From Eledone cirrhosa (lineage: Eukaryota): a DNA stretch of 64,000 nucleotides. Below, piece by piece: positions 62,276 to 64,000 of the stretch (positions are counted from its first letter, which is position 1; each line of letters begins with the position of its first letter). Made by a program: the position numbers and the translations under genes. The DNA is taken from the NCBI GenBank assembly GCA_964016885.1, contig OZ024758.1, positions 20,398,001 to 20,462,000 of the forward strand, given 5' to 3'. The notes beneath the pieces were generated by a model. That model was not told where the DNA came from. It ran no database searches and saw only the letters and a program-made list of their open reading frames with translations.

Positions 62276-64000
62276 TTAAATTAGCCATGTCAGCTCATTT
62301 CTCTCGGCCCGGTTGTTAAGTGGGGGTCTGAGGTTCTTAATAACAAGTGCTTCCTTTATCCTTAAGGATCCGATGCTGCGTTCAGTCGCTAGGACTGTGA
62401 CCAAGGGTCTACCCTGTGGGTTTCCGCATTTGAGGATATGTTTACGGAAGGAAGATGCGTTGGTGTTGATATGTTCCTTGATACGAACATGTAGGGGTCG
62501 GATGGTGCTACCTATGTAAAACTTGTTACATTTATCGCATTGAATCTTATATACGACATAGGTGCGTAGGCAATCTGCCCCCCGTATCGGGCAGTTGCTG
62601 AGGGAACAAGTCCTATCTGCCTCGTAGGGTTTGTTGGAGAGGCATCTTCGCAGCGAAGGTCCTGTGTGGGCCAAATGTATGTCAAGTCCCTCCGTACGTA
62701 TGGCCCTGCGGATGGCGTTCGTGGTACATTCACTCAGGTGGGGGATTTTAAAGAAGCACCTGCTAATATTAAGTTTTCTAGTGGGTGTCGGTCTACTGGG
62801 TCTGGGGTCTCTAATTCCGTTAATCAGTCGCTTGGGATAACCATTAGATCTGAGTAGATTACGGAATTGCGTGGTATGGGTGAGACCACCCATCGGGTCG
62901 CTGCATCTGTTAGTGATCCGTGTCAGTTCATTTAGGACATAGCCTCTCTTAGCGTTGTTGGGGAGGGCTGAGTTATAATGCACAAATAGGTCCTTGCACG
63001 CTGCTTTGCGGTAGAAAGTGGTGTTTATGTCTCCATGTTCCGAGATGTTGATACGGAAGTCGAGGAGGGCGAGTGACCCGTCTTCTTCCGGGTGTTCGAT
63101 GGTGAAATCGATGTGTTGGTCAGTATCGTTGAAGATTTGGTGAATTTCATTCGCCATCTCCCGGGAAGAAGTCAGTATCAGGATATCATCAACGTATCTG
63201 GAGTAGAAGGCAACGGCGTTGGGTTGGCAGGTATTGAGTGCCTTGCGCTCCAGGTGGTCCATGTACGAGATCGCAAGTATGCCGGACAGACTAGAGCCCA
63301 TAGGTAGCCCAGAGATTTGTTTGTACGTGTGGCCAAGGAAATTGAAGAGTGCATTATCCACAACGAAGGAGAGGAGTTGGTGGATGTCCGTGTGTGTGAG
63401 TCCGAAGCAGTGTAGGTTAGATGCTCGGACTCGTTCGGTCAACAGGTCGACAGCTGGGGATGCTGGTACGGAGGTATAAAGGGAGACCACATCAAGACTG
63501 AAGGCATAACCGTTGTCCTTTCTGGTGTTGGGCGCCAGATGGTGTAGTCGCTCCAAGACTTCCATTGAGCTGCAGACGTGGGCTGGTAGTGTGTGTAGAA
63601 TAGGTTTCAGTAGTGTGGAGAGCAGCCACGATATTTTATAGAGTGGGCCCTCCACGCTAGAGACAATGGGCCTGATTTTCAAATCGAGTCCTTGTTTATG
63701 TGTTTTGACCAAGTGGTAGAAGGTGGGTAATTTGCTGTTTCGAGTCATTATGTTGTTTTTTACCTTCTTTGGCAGTTTTCGTTGGACACAGATGTTAGTC
63801 CATATGGTGTTAATGCCTTCCTCGATTAGAGTCGAGGAGGTCCCTGTGACTTTGGAGTAGAGGCTGTGGTCATTAAGATGTTGGAGAGCTAAGTTGTTGT
63901 AGGTCTCTCTCGAGATGACACAGAATTCTTTCCCCTTGTCAGAGGGAAGGTACACAAGGTTCCTGGATCTTAGGTTGGTGAGAGTATTAAATTGTGCATT
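62276..64000 (-). CDS. Penelope-like retroelement ORF (RT + C-terminal GIY-YIG endonuclease), intact, 5' part beyond window edge
   Basis: The frame stays open to base 64000 (NAQFNTLTNLRSRNLVYLPSDKG). PLE RT motifs: SDKG, RPIVS, FSLDVVSLYT, YKQISGLPMGSSLSGILA, YSRYVDD, LLDF, FYRK, NGYP. Cys-rich linker CSLSNCPIRGADC, then GIY-YIG VVYKIQCDKCNKFYIGST..R.KEH..EA..LN. The Cys linker suggests Neptune/Nematis-like (inference). Confidence 0.96.
   Translation of the reverse strand, partial: NAQFNTLTNLRSRNLVYLPSDKGKEFCVISRETYNNLALQHLNDHSLYSKVTGTSSTLIEEGINTIWTNICVQRKLPKKVKNNIMTRNSKLPTFYHLVKTHKQGLDLKIRPIVSSVEGPLYKISWLLSTLLKPILHTLPAHVCSSMEVLERLHHLAPNTRKDNGYAFSLDVVSLYTSVPASPAVDLLTERVRASNLHCFGLTHTDIHQLLSFVVDNALFNFLGHTYKQISGLPMGSSLSGILAISYMDHLERKALNTCQPNAVAFYSRYVDDILILTSSREMANEIHQIFNDTDQHIDFTIEHPEEDGSLALLDFRINISEHGDINTTFYRKAACKDLFVHYNSALPNNAKRGYVLNELTRITNRCSDPMGGLTHTTQFRNLLRSNGYPKRLINGIRDPRPSRPTPTRKLNISRCFFKIPHLSECTTNAIRRAIRTEGLDIHLAHTGPSLRRCLSNKPYEADRTCSLSNCPIRGADCLRTYVVYKIQCDKCNKFYIGSTIRPLHVRIKEHINTNASSFRKHILKCGNPQGRPLVTVLATERSIGSLRIKEALVIKNLRPPLNNRAERNELTWLI

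Larger units (their letters stand above)
61437..64000 (-). mobile_element. Penelope-like element: ORF, 3' UTR/pseudo-LTR with hammerhead-like motif, 3' end joined to (TA)n
   Basis: GC-richer sequence continues from the ORF stop (62276) to about 61437, where it abuts (TA)n (~61405-61436). It contains the HHR-like motif at 61632-61667. Confidence 0.8.

Noticed and set aside
62313-63479. Short ORFs overlapping the PLE ORF (and 25600-26120 antisense to Tx1)
   Set aside because: Shadow ORFs of GC-rich coding sequence.

Overview
Eukaryotic, AT-rich, non-genic window saturated with (TA)n, (CA)n, (TC)n and (AGT)n microsatellites. The repeat repertoire suggests an octopod cephalopod (inference). No host protein-coding exon could be supported, and almost all listed ORFs are microsatellite artefacts. 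Coding remnants are all retroelement-derived: an intact Penelope-like element (PLE) RT + GIY-YIG ORF running off the right edge (62276->64000, minus), an intact 3' part of an L1/Tx1 ORF2, a decayed R4/Dong-type RLE LINE tail, and CR1 and RTE fragments. Two tRNA-derived SINE families are also present. The most striking signal is about 15 short (100-600 bp) islands embedded in (TA)n tracts. They belong to at least 8 sequence families and share one architecture: two PLE-like 3' ends joined head-to-head, often as near-perfect palindromes. The junction usually sits at or inside a type-I hammerhead ribozyme (HHR) motif. Reading by hand gives about 8 HHRs with a canonical core and several variants: a CCGUUGA core in the intact PLE, a CCGUC core, U-U closing stem II, and a ~115-nt stem II. 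One palindromic island has been amplified into a higher-order tandem array. All folds were read by eye and none is experimentally verified.
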